A stretch of DNA of 64,000 nucleotides from Callorhinchus milii (lineage: Eukaryota): contig NW_024704743.1 of the NCBI RefSeq assembly GCF_018977255.1, positions 90,522,001 through 90,586,000 of the forward strand, in the 5' to 3' direction. The position numbers and the translations under genes were made by a program. How positions within the stretch are numbered: the first letter of the stretch is position 1; each line of letters begins with the position of its first letter. Of the stretch, positions 1-12,984 are shown one piece after another. A model generated the notes under the pieces. That model was not told where the DNA came from. It worked only from the letters and a program-made list of their open reading frames with translations, and searched no databases.

Positions 1-1857
1 CAGAGGCAGTGTTGGCAGAAATGATCAAGTTACTTTGAAACCTAAAGTCACAGGATAACGATGGAAACTCCAGACCAGTTCATTTCTCTCTTTTAACTGA
101 AAGGCTCTTCCAGTTTTGTAAAAAATTAATTGTTCTAATATTCCAATTAACAGAATAATTAAGAAACCTAAATGGTGCGCCTCTGTGGTATAATGACTAT
201 AGTACATTGTACTCGGGAGTGTTACATAGAATAATTCTCCTCTCAGTTTCATTGACTATTTTTTAATATGGTGTGAATTTTTTTGTACATATTTATTTGA
301 ATCATGGGGCACATTACAATGATACTTGGAGAAATTTGTGTGGAAATACATATTTCTACATGCTTTATGCATGTTCAAGACCATGTGATGTTGATAGATC
401 TGAGTATAAAAGTAATCAAGTATCAAATTATTCACAAGGGCAGAAGAGATGACCTGGCCCTCAATCTCCCAAATAAAATTGGCTGGACATATCTTGGCTG
501 TTTGTGGGCCATTGCTGTTTAATTAATACATTGGTATTAATTGTATGGAATTTGACAAACTAAACATTTTATTTTGGTTTGCGTTGGGGGTTGCAGTTGA
601 GAGTCAAGATCACAATGGGATCACTCATTTGTGTAATATTTTTTAAAAGACTACTTTTTTAAAAGACAAAAAGTAGATTTCTCAGCATCTTGTGTACTGG
701 AATAGGGCACAGGAACCTGAGTGAAGCAATAGAGCAAGTGCCTGATACACGGTGCACTGCAGCCCTTAGATTGCTTGAGGGCATCACTTTCAGATTAGGA
801 TAGGATTGTTGGAACATGCCCCATTCATTGAGAATTTCACCCTGATACCAAGTCAATCAGCAAGCACAAACTCAACAATGTAACATTTCCTTGGATCTGG
901 ATCTGCCTTGGAGGTGATCATAATGTGTTAGTAGAAACGTGAAAAGTCTGCAGTTTCCTATTAATATGGGTATCAGGAGAATACCATAATGAAGCAATTG
1001 CTTATTGTATTTGTCACAAATATATGAAAATGTCAAAGACAGGTGTTCTCCCATTTTGATTCATTTAAGACATAGATTAATTTCATCTATGCTGTCAGAA
1101 AATCTGAGGTCTGCTGATAGTCTTTCACGGCTAAACCAATTAAGAGTAAAATCAGAAAACATATTTTCATGCCGAGATTGTGAAAATGTGCAATTAACTT
1201 TCCCAGAAGGTTGAGACAATTAAAATATTTAAGAGGCAGGTGGTTGACATTTTGGAAGGCAGACGTAATAAATCGCAGATTAGCAATGATCTGCAGCATT
1301 GGAGGGAATACAGCCTAGATTTAAAAGGATGTTATGAGAGATGAGTGGATATGGTTATCAAGAAAGATTGGACAGGTTCTCTACAGTTGATCTGATCGAG
1401 GTGTTTAAGATTATGAAAGGATTAGATAAGGTTGAACCTCCAGAGTTGTGCCTCTTTTATGGTGTCTCTGGAGATGATGGGAAAACTTAATCTTATCCCC
1501 ACCGGCCTTGGCAATGTGAGTGTTGTCAGGTCACTCAACTGTAGGGGGCGTCACAACCGAGCCTGACCTCTTTCCACTTGCCTGCCATACACCGATACAA
1601 TTAGCATAGGGTGCTGAAGAAAGCCAAGGGCTGGAACTCCTCGGCTGTTTCTCCCTCCGTGACCCAAGGAAGGCCGTGACCAATTTAGCCCCCCCAATTA
1701 GCCTTGCCTGAGACATGCAAACCCAGCATGGACCAGGATTCAAAACAGCGAGCTCCTAGTCCAACAGCAACAAAAATTAAATTTGTATAGCACCTTCCAC
1801 GGCGGGAGGACGTCCCAAGGCGCTGGACAATCAGTGTTTCGGAGCTGAGCTCAGGAT

Positions 1858-2081
1858 AAACATAACATAACATGTAGGAACAGGAGTAGGCCATTCGGCC
1901 CTTCGAGCCTGCCCCGCCATTCAATCATGGCTGATCTTCTAGTCTAACTCCAGCTAATAACCTGACCCTGCCTTATCCCCATATCCCTTAATCCCTTTTT
2001 CAATAGGAAATCTATCTATCTCAGTCTTGAATATGTTCAAGGACTGAGCGTCAACAGCCCTTTGGCTGTGAGTTCCATACA
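1858..2081 (-). mobile_element. CR1 LINE 3' end
   Basis: Encodes ..SLNIFKTEIDRF..KGIKGYG, typical of the CR1 ORF2 C-terminus; terminal (ATGTT)n-like repeat. Confidence 0.8.
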
Positions 2082-3470
2082 TTAAGGAGAGTGAAGGAGA
2101 GTGACCGAAGGCACGGTTGAAGAGGAGGATTTTGAGACGGGTCTTGAAGGAGGCAAGGGAGAGGGCAAGGCGGAGGGACTGCGGGTTTGGATTTCTGGAG
2201 GGTGGGGGCAGAGTGGTTTGCCCGCCAATGGTGGGCGGGCGAGGCGGGAGACATGAAGCCAAGCCTGCTGAATGGAGGGAGCAGGCAGGTTGGTAAAGGG
2301 TTAGGAGGTAGCAGAGGTAGGGCAGAGCAAGGCCATGCAGGGCTTGAAAGTGAAGACCAGGATCTTGAACTGTATCCTCTGTGTGATCGGAAGCCAGGGA
2401 AGTCAGGTGAGGATGGGAGTGATAGGATCACGGAGCCTGGTGAGGGAGAGGATGAGTTCTGGATGATCTGCAACCTATGGAGGAAGAGTTGGTTGAGGCC
2501 GACGAGCAGGAAGTTTGCATAGTCAAGCCTGGATGTTATGAATGCGTGTATGAGGCTCTCGGGGGCCTGCAGCGTGAGACAGTGGTGGAGTCAGGCGATG
2601 TTGTGGAGGTGGGGAAAGGCGGATGTGGGTTATGAAGGATAGTTGAGGGTCGAACAGGGTCGAACATGACATTGAGGTTCCGTATTGTCTCTGAGAGATG
2701 TAAAGTGCATCCACGGAGGGAGATGCTGTAAGTGCCCGAGGCATGGAGGCGCTGACGGGAGCCAAGCAAGAGGGCCTCGGTCTTGTTGACATTCAACTGC
2801 AGGAAGTTAGCTCACAGGCAGTCTGTGAGGACAGTAATGATCCTGGAATCCAGGGTGGAGGCAGAGAAGTAGACTTGGGTGTCATCTGCATACATGTGGA
2901 AGTTGACCCATGTATGCGTATGATGTCACGAAGGGGCAGCATATAGATATTGAAGAGGAGAGAGCCAAGGACAGAGCCCTGAGGATGCCACATATGATGG
3001 TGCGGGGGCTGGAAGAGAAGCCATTAGTAGCAACAAAGTGGAGATGGTGGGAGAGGTAGGATTCAAACCAGCAAGAGCGGGTCCACGAAGGTTGAGAGGA
3101 GAAGCAGTGCAGTAGGATAGAATGGCTGACAGTGTCGAAGACAGCAGAGAGGTCGAGGAGGACAAGGAGGCAGAGAGAGCCCTGATCTCAAATGTTCAGA
3201 ATGTCATTAGTGACTGTGGGCAGCACAGAAATCCAATTGAAGGGGTTCAAAGAGGGAACGGCAGGAGAGGAAAGCTCAAAGCTGGGATCCGACGACTCTT
3301 TCCAGGGCCTTGGAGAGGAATGGAAGTTGGAGATGGGGCGATAGCTGGAGAGTCTGGGTGGGTCCAGGGAAGGTTTTTTGAGGATGGGGGTAATGACAGC
3401 TGTTTTTAGGGGGATGGGAACAGTGCCAGTGGATAAGGAGATGTTGATGATGTCGGTTATAACCTGAAGT
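2082..3470 (-). mobile_element. Decayed L2 LINE (reverse transcriptase region to 3' part)
   Basis: Frameshifted fragments PILKKPSLDP..SYRPISN, PQGSVLG.LLFNIYMLPL, LNVNKTEALL, ASFKTRLK. Confidence 0.9.
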
Positions 3471-5031
3471 TCTATCCCCTGCAACATTAACACTGCCCTG
3501 AGTTTTTATTCCTGATGAGGCTTTTAAAAATATGTATATTTTCACAGCCTATATTCTGTGAAGCAAAATTAAAATAATAATTGTAATAATAACCTTTCCA
3601 TTTGATATAGCTCCTTTCACGTCAGGAAGATGTCTCAAAGCATTTCACAAAATGTATTGTAAAGAGTAGTGGCTGAGTATTTTGCAAGTAAACGTGATAG
3701 TCAATTTGTGCAGAGTGCCACAGAAAACTATGAAGTAAACAGATTATTTGTGGGGGATTGCTGGTCTGGGGAATAAGGTCAGGCTATTGAGTGGGTGGCG
3801 ATGTGAGTCTGTATTCTGCACAACCTGTCTTTCATTCAAAGCAGCTACTCTGAAAGGGATAGATTACCACTCTTTCAATTCAATCATTTTAATTATTTTA
3901 TCGAGTTATCATAACAGTATTAATAATTCCACTGCAAACAAATTAAGAGACATGGATTTAAGTATAGATACTGTGCAACAAGCAGAGAGATAAAACAGAG
4001 ATCTCAAACAGGATTCGCTAATTAAGTAATCTGCCTGCTCAGGTAGATGGCAAAGATCCCATGAAACAACCTTTTATTTTAGAATAGATACATGGGATCT
4101 TTATCATCCACCTAAACAGGCAGATGGGACCTCGGCTTAACATCTCCTTTGAAGGATGATACATTTGCTGTCACAAATTGGCTGTTACTTTTAGCTGCAA
4201 ATACAGTCACTATACCATACAGTAAAATCCTATGAAGCATTTTTAAATGTTTTGATGACGTGATAAGGTGTTATATAATGCGAGGATTAAAATTAATAAT
4301 AAAAAACAGGTAGAATTCATGGAACAGTTTTATTTTCTTTATTGTTGACACAAATCATGGCAGATATCAAAGGACAACACGCCCACAGGTAGTTCATGAT
4401 ATGAACTGGAATTTTGATGCACTACGAGTGTCTCACTCAATTTCAGCAATATTGGGATCTATTGCATTAGCAATGCCACAACCATATATTCTTTTGCAGT
4501 ACTCAGAAAATCAATTACCTCAATTCCAACCAGCCCTGTTCCCTTCTACCTTTTCTGCAGAAAAGCCTGTCACACAATGATGTGCGCAGCATGGGCAATA
4601 AGGTCAGGCTGTGAGTGGGTGGTGATGTGCCTCTACATTCTGCTCAGCCTGTCTGTCTTTCATTCAAAGCAAGCACTCTAGGGGCATAGATTACCAGTCT
4701 GCTTTCAATGGAATAATTTACATTATTTTTATTGAGTTGATTGTTGGAAAAATCATAATATTAATAATTCTTCTGCAAACAAATTAGGGTCATGGATTCA
4801 AGTGTAGACGTGCAACAAGTAGAGATGCAAAACTGAGGATTCTCCATTTAAGTAATCTGAGTGAGGAATCAATACAGTAACTGGAAGGACATCACACTGA
4901 CTGGCAGGACCTCTGCTCTGGAAGTACATATCACCAGAGGGAGTTTTTGTAATTAAGGGATCCTGTTAGGAATCGCTACATTTTACACCCCTAATGTTTT
5001 ACGTACAATGACCACCAGGGCACACAACAAA

Positions 5032-6385
5032 ATAACAACAACAACTTGGATTTATATAGCGCAATCCATGCCAGATGGCGTCTCCGAGCACTTCACAGTA
5101 ACAGATCCCGGGGCCGAGCCAGGGGGAGTGTGAGGAAGGTGACCAAAGGCGCGATCGAAAAGAAAGGTCTTCAGCCGAGACCTGAAAATAGGAAGAAAGG
5201 GGGCGAGGCGAAGGGAGTGAAGAAGGGAGTTCCAGAGCCTCGGGGCATAGTGGCTGAAGGCACAGCCACTGATGGTGGAGCGGAGGATTCGGGGGACAAG
5301 GAAGAGACCAGACCCGGTGGAGCAAAGGCAACGGGCACTGTTTTGAGGAGAGAGGAGGTCAGAGAGGTAGGGAGGTGCAGAGGGATTTGAAGACAAGGGT
5401 GAGGATCTTGAAGTCGATCCTCTCTGGGACAGGCAGCCAGTGCAGTCTGGCAAGGACTGGAGTAATCGGGGAGCGGAGTTTGATGCGGGTAAGAATGCGG
5501 GCGGCAGAGTTTTGGATGACCTGGATTTTATGAATGGTAGTGGAGGGGAGACCGGCGAGGAGGGCATTTGAATAGTCCAGCCGAGAGGTGACAAAGGCAT
5601 GGACAGGGTTTCAGCGGCTTTTGGAGTGAGGTATTGGCGGAGACGGGCGATGCGTCGGAGGTGGAAGAAAGTGGTGCTGGTGAGGGACCGGATGTGGGGG
5701 AGGAAGGATAATTGGGGGTCGAACCTGATGCCTAGGTTGTGTATGGGTTCGGAGAGTTTTAGGGGGAGGTCGGGTAGGTGAAGGAGGTGAGAACCATGTG
5801 ATTTTAGACATTGACGAGAGCCAAAGAGTATGGCTTCTGTCTTGTCAACGTTCAGCTGAAGGAAATTTGCGCTTATCCAGCTCCTGAGGTCTGACAGGCA
5901 GGCTGACAGAACATCAGGGGACTGGGGGTCGCAATGTGAGGTGGAAAAATAGTTGGGTATCGTCTGCATACATGTGGAAGTGTACCCCATGTCTGCGGAT
6001 GACATCCCCAAGAGGGAACATGTAGATCAGAAAGAGGAGGGGGCCAAGGATGGATCCTTGGGGTACCCCACAGGTGACAGGGTGAGAGCGGGAGGAAAAT
6101 CCATTTGTGCAGACGTACTGCTGGCGGTTTGTGAGGTAGGACTCGAACCAGGCGAGTGCGGTCCCACTGAGGTGGATGACGGAGGAAAGGCGGTGGAGGA
6201 GGATGGCGTGGTCGACCATGTCGAAAGTGGCGGAGAGGTCAAGGAGGGAGAGGGAACCCTGAATACAGATACAGAGGATGTCCTTTGTGACTTTCACAAG
6301 TGCAGTCTCTGTACTGTTGGTAGGGCGGAAACCAGACTGGAGGGGTTCGAAGAGGGAGTGGGAGAAGAGGTGTGCGCAGAGTTTG
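5032..6385 (-). mobile_element. Decayed L2 LINE, 5'-truncated, with (TTG)n tail
   Basis: LLDLSATFDMVDH, GVPQGSILGPLLFLIYM, YADDTQL RT motifs; tail repeat at 5032-5046. Confidence 0.93.
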
Positions 6386-6590
6386 CAAAGAACAACAGGT
6401 TCCTCACTCTAGTCTGTAACAGCTAAGAATGGTTATTCACTGTCAACATCCCAAAATGAACAATGTGGTTGCCAAGCAATATAAAAAATAATGTCAATCT
6501 ACGAATGCTAGGATGGTGTATAGTTATCCTGGAGATCGGTTGTTATTTTACTTGGCTGAGGATATATACTTCCTGGTAGCACTCATTTAC

Positions 6591-6935
6591 TGATTCGGGT
6601 TCTCTTTGTCTCATTCTGATTCAATATCTCTGATCTTCATTTACTTTCATTTAAGCTGAGTCACTAACCCGGATTCTGATACACATTTCCTGATTCTGAT
6701 TCACTATTGCTGATTCTGATCCAATTTACCTGATTCCAATTCACCTTGACGGATGCAGATTCACTAACAATGATTATGGTTCACTTTCAGGGATTCTAAT
6801 TCACTATTTCTTACTTCGATCCACTTTCTCTCATTTAATTCAGCGCCTTGGGACGTCCTCCCTTCGTGAAAGGCGCTTTACCAATGTCATTTTGTTGTTG
6901 TTGTAATTCACTTTGCCAGATTCCGATTCGCCTTC
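6591..6935. repeat. Degenerate 20-bp periodic repeat (consensus about TGATTCTGATTCACTWTYNC), interrupted by a 61-bp L2-tail insertion
   Basis: Units start every 20 nt from 6591 to 6831. Confidence 0.8.
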
Positions 6936-7344
6936 CCAGAAACTGTTTCATTTCTCACATGAATCAAACATGTTCGTGCTTCAAGAATCCTCGGCATAAA
7001 ATTGCCTGTAAAAATGTTTTTCAGGCAATAAAAAAAATTCTGAAAAATAAAGTTCCTGTCCCCTTCAAAATGTCTTCTGGAAAGACAAGTAATGAGTTTT
7101 GAAGTTTAAAATAAATTATATNAAAAAAAGACAAAAGAATGAATACAGAAGAAGTGAATGTAGAAATGATAGTGTAAATATTTTAAATTTAAACATCAAA
7201 TTTATGTAATACTTCTGTTGTAACATTGCAAGGATGATGCTACATGATATAATACAATTATAATAATCCTTTCATTTTTATAGCACCTTTCACATTAGGA
7301 GGATGTCTCAACCGCTTCACAGGATTTAATGTACAAATGATTGG

Positions 7345-7830
7345 TTGGGCCATAACTGGAGTACTGAATTCAATTTTGGGAACTTCAGGAAAGATGTTAA
7401 GGCCTTGGAGAGATGTAGAGATTTACAAGAATGATTCTAGGCACGAGGGCTATAGTTATGGGGAGAGATAGAGAAATTTTCAATGGGTCTGTTTTCATTG
7501 GAACAGAGAAGGCTGAGAGGTGTACAAAATTATGAAGAATTTTGACAGTGAATAGGGAGAAGCTATTTCCACTGGTAGGGGAATCGGTGACTAGGGGCCA
7601 TCGTTATAAGATAGTCATAAGAAGAGTGAGAAGAAATCTTAGATTATTTTTCACGTAGAGTTGTTGGGATGTGGAATGCCCTAACATAACATCGTAAAGA
7701 CAGAGTCCATTTGGATTTCAAGAGGGAAGCAGACAGGTACATGAAAGATAGATGCTTAAAGAAGTATGGGGGTAGGACAGTGCTAGAGGAATTGGAAGAA
7801 CTGCTTGCTCTGAAGCCTGGTGCATATTTG
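7345..7830 (+). mobile_element. Old CR1 3' fragment
   Basis: Degenerate similarity to the CR1 copies at 16 kb and 26 kb (ggaacagagaaggctgagagg; actaggggcca). Confidence 0.65.
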
Positions 7831-9174
7831 ATGAGACAAGTTGCCTCCTTCTACACTCCAAGTTTCCCATGATTCTAATGTAAAATGTTGTGACTGTGTA
7901 TTTTGTAGGTGAACACGGCAGCCAATTTGCAAACAGCAATGGCCCAGAGACAGCCATAATGTGAATGACTAATTTTATCGGGGGAATTGTTGGCCCAGAC
8001 CCTGGGAGAAAGTCCCACCTTTTTTAGAATAGGATACAATGGGATCTTTAATGAACACTTTAACAAGTAGAATAATAATCTTTGAAAGGGCTTTGAAAGT
8101 GGGGAGGGAGGGATTAAGTGGGAGGGCTCTGTGTTTTCAGTAATGTGACAAGGTGCTCTCTGGAACTCCATCCAAAGTGCTTCAGAGGACTCACTGTAAA
8201 GTATAGTGACTGTGTATTTGTAGGTAAACTTCTTAGCCAATTTTTGCACAGCAATCTTCTACAGACATCCATGAAGTAAATGACTAAATGTATCTTGAGG
8301 ACAGTTTGCCAGGACACTGGTAGAAACTCCCTTCTCATTTTAATTATGCCACAAGATCTTTACCATCCACCTGAACAGATACTCAGAAACTTGGTTTCAT
8401 GTTTCATCCACAAAATAGCACTTCTGACAATGAAGCACTTCCACAGCACTGTATTAGAGTGTCATGTTAGATGAAGAGCTCAGAGTCCATACAGGGGGAG
8501 CTCAAACCACAACCTTCTGACTCAGAAGTGAGACTGCTACCCAATGTCAGACTGACAACTCAGCTGTTTATCTCAGGAGCTTTAGCACTGTACTATTCAT
8601 ATTTTGTCAATGAATGTGCTGAATGTTTGCAGAACCAAATCATCTCACAGACCTGCTGACAGTGCTACCATCGGTTTTGCTTCTCGGGCAGGGCAAAACC
8701 TTGGGCAAGTTTCCATACTCCACGTGGCTGTTTACCCAGCAGTCAGTAGGAACCTGGTTGGAGCCGATCGCTTTCCAGTGGTAATAATCCCTTCCAAAAA
8801 ACATGTGCTTAATCCACGACTGTTTATGGGACACAGCTGTGTGCAATTGGTTTCCGAGTTTCACCTTCAGTATACACAGTCAACTCATTTTACAATATAT
8901 TCTGTGAAGTGCTTTGAGACATCTCAATGACGTGATAAGGTGCTATATCAAAAGCAAGGATTATTATTTATTATTATCATTTTATACAGAGGCTGATTGA
9001 GAAAAGTAACCCCTAAACAGGCCGGGAAAAGGGACAGCAGTTGTATCAATAAATCAGATGATTGTTAGGATGTAGCAACAAGATCCTTGGGTGGAGACAA
9101 GGCAGTGAAGATCTGAGAACTCAAGAGTCTGGACATGTTCGCTGGAATTTTTGACCTGCTGTGCCACCGACTGC

Positions 9175-9175
<1 letters not shown>

Positions 9176-9227
<52 letters not shown>
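9176..9227. repeat. (TAA)n microsatellite expanded from a SINE tail
   Basis: Read directly; adjoins the minus-strand SINE at 9228-9510. Confidence 0.9.
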
Positions 9228-9229
<2 letters not shown>

Positions 9230-9899
9230 CTTGCATTTGGTATACAACCTAATCATTTCATAGAGACTTGTCAAAATGATTCACCGAATTTTCTGTAGAG
9301 TGAATTGACTGTATAAATTGTGGGCGAAATGTGGCAGCCAATTGTGCACAGCAGCATCCCACAAACAGTCGTGGGTCAAGTGACCAAATAATCTTTTCTT
9401 ATTTGGAAAGGATTATTCTACCCAGAAAGCGATCCGGCAATCGACTAACAACTCCTACTTCTGCTAGGTAAACAAAGGCGTGTGGATTAAGGAAACTTCC
9501 CTAAGATGTTGCCTTAGTTGATGTGCTACTAGAATGACCTCAGTGTGGTGAACAAGACAGTTATATGCCCCCACACAGCATTACATTATTTCCCACAAAC
9601 TTTGAAACTTCCTGTAATTGAATGCTGGTAAGAAGGGAGATTGAAATTGTCAGCAGTGAACTTGTCTCCAGGCTCGCATCCTGATAGGGTTGCCATAACA
9701 ATGTGGATCTCAAACAAGCTTTTTGGGATAGATATTCCCATTTCAACACATGATCACAAAGGCACATCAAAATGAGCACATCAACACAATCCACGCATTG
9801 AGGCTTCTGGACATTAACTCATGTCAGAAAAGCCAGGGCAAGTCTAAAATCCTGCAGTAACAAGAAAGGTGATTTAATGAAAGCTGAGAGACTTGAATT

Positions 9900-10927
9900 A
9901 TCACACCCCTCCACAGAAAACCCACCCTTGATCCTGCTAATCTCTCACACTACTGTCCCATTCCCAACCTACCCTTCCTGGCTAACGTCCTGGATCGCAT
10001 TGTTGCAGGTCAACGTCGGTCACACCTCTCCCTCCTCGAGCCCCTGCAGTCTGGTTATCGCCCTGCTCACAGCACAGAGACAGCGCTTGTCAAAGTCACA
10101 AACGACATTTTCTTTATCTGTGACCAGGGCTCCTTTGCCTCTTCATCCTAAGCTCCTTCACCGCCTCTCCTCCCTCATCCACCTTAGTGGGATTGCACTC
10201 GCATGGTTCGAGTCCTACTTACCAACCGCCTCCATTTCATCTCGGCAAGTGGTTTCTACTCCCTCCCCCGCCTGGTCACCTGCGGCTACCCTCAGGGCTC
10301 CATCCTTAGCCCTCTTCTTTTCCGGATCTATATGCTCCCTCTGGGCGATGTCATCCACAGACATGAGGTAAACTTCCACATGCGTGTGGATGACACACAA
10401 ATCTACTTTGCTTTCTGCAGTACCAAGCCCAGGTCCGCCGATTTTCTATCAGCTTGTCTGGCAGACATCAGGGCCTGGATGAGTGCAAACTTCCTGCGGC
10501 TAAATGTGGACAAGACAGAATCCATACTCCTTGGCTCCGTAAACGTCTTCACTCCTGCGGATCTGAACTCCTCAATTTCCCTGGGCTCTCCCTCAGACTC
10601 ATCGAACCAGTGCACATCCAGGTGTCCGGTTTGACCCCAGCTGTCCTTCCTCTCCCACATCCGGTCCCTGACCAGGACCGCCTTCCCCCACCTCCGCCAC
10701 ATTGTCAGCCACTACGCCCCGAAACTCTGGAACACTCTCCCTCAACCCCTCCGCCTTGCCCCCCCTCTCCCCTTTTTCAAGTCCCGCCTGAAAACTTTCC
10801 TCTTTTAACTGTGCTTATGGCCACTTCCCCCTCCCCAGCTCGGAGTCGGACTCCGCCAATGTTAAGCGCTGTGAGACATTACCCTGGGTGGAGGGCCCTA
10901 CATAAACGCAAGTTGTTGTTGCTGTTG
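9900..10927 (+). mobile_element. Decayed L2 LINE fragment with internal deletions
   Basis: GYPQGSILSPLLF.IYMLPLG, VDDTQIY, LNVDKTE; GTT tail. Confidence 0.9.
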
Positions 10928-11264
10928 AATCTGACTCCATATTAACTGAGGTAGTCAGGCGCTGCTTGAACTGAACTGCACACAACATCGATTGCAGTCG
11001 AAATAGCTGCTCACTGGGTGGTGGGGAGGGCACGTTGCAAAAGGTTGCTTCAATAAGGTGGAGTTTGGTTCTCTTAAAGGGTAATGTCGGGGTGAGGGGC
11101 TGCGCGGGTGGATTGCAGACCCAATCCCACACCAAGACTGCGGGACCGAGACAAATGCTTTTGGGTGAAGCAGCGACGCCAATAAAGAACCAAAACCATC
11201 CCAAAAGGATGTGAGATTTATCATTACAGATGGGATGCCGAGGGCAGTGCAAAGGCATGTTACT

Positions 11265-12427
11265 GTGGGGAGTGTGTGTGTGGGGGGGAGTGTGTGTGTG
11301 GGGGGGGGGAGAGTGTGTGTGTGGGGGGGGGTGTGTGTGTGGGGGGGGGGAGTGTGTGTGTGGGGGGGGGGAGTGTGGGATGTGTGTGTTTGATGTGTTG
11401 NNNNNNNNNNNNNNNNNNNNNNNNNNNNNNGGTGCAGAAGTAGATCGGGTATGTAAACCTCTGCGGCAGAGATGTGGCGCCTATGGGCGGGGAAAGATGT
11501 CTGTGTGCTGGAGCTCAGGGGGTGTGTGTGTGTGTGTGTGTGTTGCTGGAGCTCAGGGGGTGTGTGTGTGTGTGTGTGTGTGTTGCTGGAGCTCAGGGTG
11601 TGTGTGTGTGTGTGTGTTGCTGGAGCTCAGGGGGTGTGTGTGTGTGTATTGCTGGAGGAGCTCAGGGGGGTGTGGTGGTGAGTTCCTGGGAGCGAGCTCA
11701 CGGGGCGGGGGGGGTGGTGTGTGTGTGTGTTGCTGGGGAGCTCAGGGTGGGTGTGTGGTGTGTGTTGCTGGAGGAGCTCAGGGTGGGTGTGTGTGTGTGG
11801 TTGCTGGAGCTCAGGAGGTGTGTGTGTGTGTGGAGGAGCTCAGGGTGGGTGTGGGGGGTGTGTGTGTGTGCTGGAGGAGCTCAGGGGTGGGTGGTGGGTG
11901 TGTGTGTTGCTGGAGGAGCTCAGGGGTGGTGTGTGTGTGTGTGTGTTGCTGGAGGAGCTCAGGGGTGGGTGGGTGGTGTGTGTGTTGCTGGAGAGCTCAG
12001 GGTGGGTGTGTGTGTGTGTTGCTGGAGGAGCTCGGGGGGTGGGGGTGGTGTTGCTGGAGGAGCTCAGGTGGGTGTGTGTGTGTGTTGCTGGAGGAGCTCA
12101 GGGGTGGGGTGTGTGTGTGTTGCTGGAGGAGCTCAGGGTGGGTGTGTGGTGTTGCTGGAGGAGCTCGGGGGGGGGGGGGGTGGGTGTGTGTTGCTGGAGG
12201 AGCTCAGGGGGGGTGGGGGGTGTGTGTGTTGCTGGAGGAGCTCAGGGTGGGTGTGTGTGTGTTGCTGGAGGAGCTCAGGGTGTGTGGGTGTGTGTGTGTG
12301 TTGCTGGAGGAGCTCAGGGGGGGTGGTGGGTGTGTTGCTGGAGGAGCTCAGGGGGGGGGTGGGGGGGTGTGTTGCTGGAGGAGCTCAGGGGGGGGTGGGT
12401 GGGTGTGTGTTGCTGGAGGAGCTCAGG
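11265..12427. repeat. G/GT-rich compound tandem array (about 26 units of GTTGCTGGAGGAGCTCAGGG with variable G/GT linkers, 11507-12427), plus G/GT tract and 30-N gap at 11401-11430
   Basis: Read directly from the sequence. Confidence 0.95.
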
Positions 12428-12500
12428 TTGGCATCTTCCTGCGGCGTGTCGGTGTCAGCAGCCTGACGTCACTGAGTGCGTCTTCAACACTTAGCAAAGC
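12425..12500. promoter_or_regulatory. Promoter-like patch with full CRE (TGACGTCA 12464-12471) and ETS/YY1-like CAGGAAGATG
   Basis: Motifs read directly in a locally CpG-retaining unique sequence. Confidence 0.4.
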
Positions 12501-12809
12501 AAGGAGTCATCTTCACCTGCTGCAAACAGTCAAGCCCATCTCACAGTGATCTCCCCCCGGCAATCACAGGCTGCGAACCCACCGCCTTCTTTGTAGCCTC
12601 TGTGATGAAATGGGCAAATGTAAACCAACACACCGCAGACAACGCTTTCACTGTTTTTCTAATAAAAATATTTTTTTCCCCCATTGCAAATGGTTGACAC
12701 CAAGTACATCTGTAAGTGGTAATACTGTGTTCTCTACTGGGGGTAGCCGGAAATAACAGATTAAGGTCAGGGTACCAGTCTTGCAGATGCACTTAGTGTT
12801 TTTGATATA

Positions 12810-12984
12810 CAGTAAAAACTCGCATAAGTCTGATCTGTATAATTTGTATAATCGCTTAAGTCCTACATCTGCCTAAATCCAATTTAAGAGTTTATATTCT
12901 ATGCAAGTTTGCCATAACGCATACTTCGCATAAGTCATATTAAATGTATGGTCCCAACCGATACAACTTATGTGAGGTTTACTG
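12810..12984. mobile_element. pogo/Tigger-like MITE (partial second copy at about 45070-45130)
   Basis: TIRs cagtaaaaactcgcataagt / acttatgtgaggtttactg, preceded by TA. Confidence 0.7.

Noticed and set aside
4621..4860. C/D box snoRNA (GTGATGT...CTGA)
   Set aside because: The C box is imperfect, there is no terminal stem, and the boxes are not kept in the duplicate copy.
5052..6297. Functional reverse transcriptase gene
   Set aside because: It is a 5'-truncated L2 with multiple frameshifts and no endonuclease domain.
11507..12427. CRISPR-like repeat-spacer appearance
   Set aside because: The spacers are low-complexity G/GT runs, the context is vertebrate, and there are no cas genes.
11230..12549. 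Long ORFs (439, 330 and 257 aa) rich in G/V/C
   Set aside because: They are stop-free translations of the G/GT tandem array, open in all three frames, and one spans an N gap.
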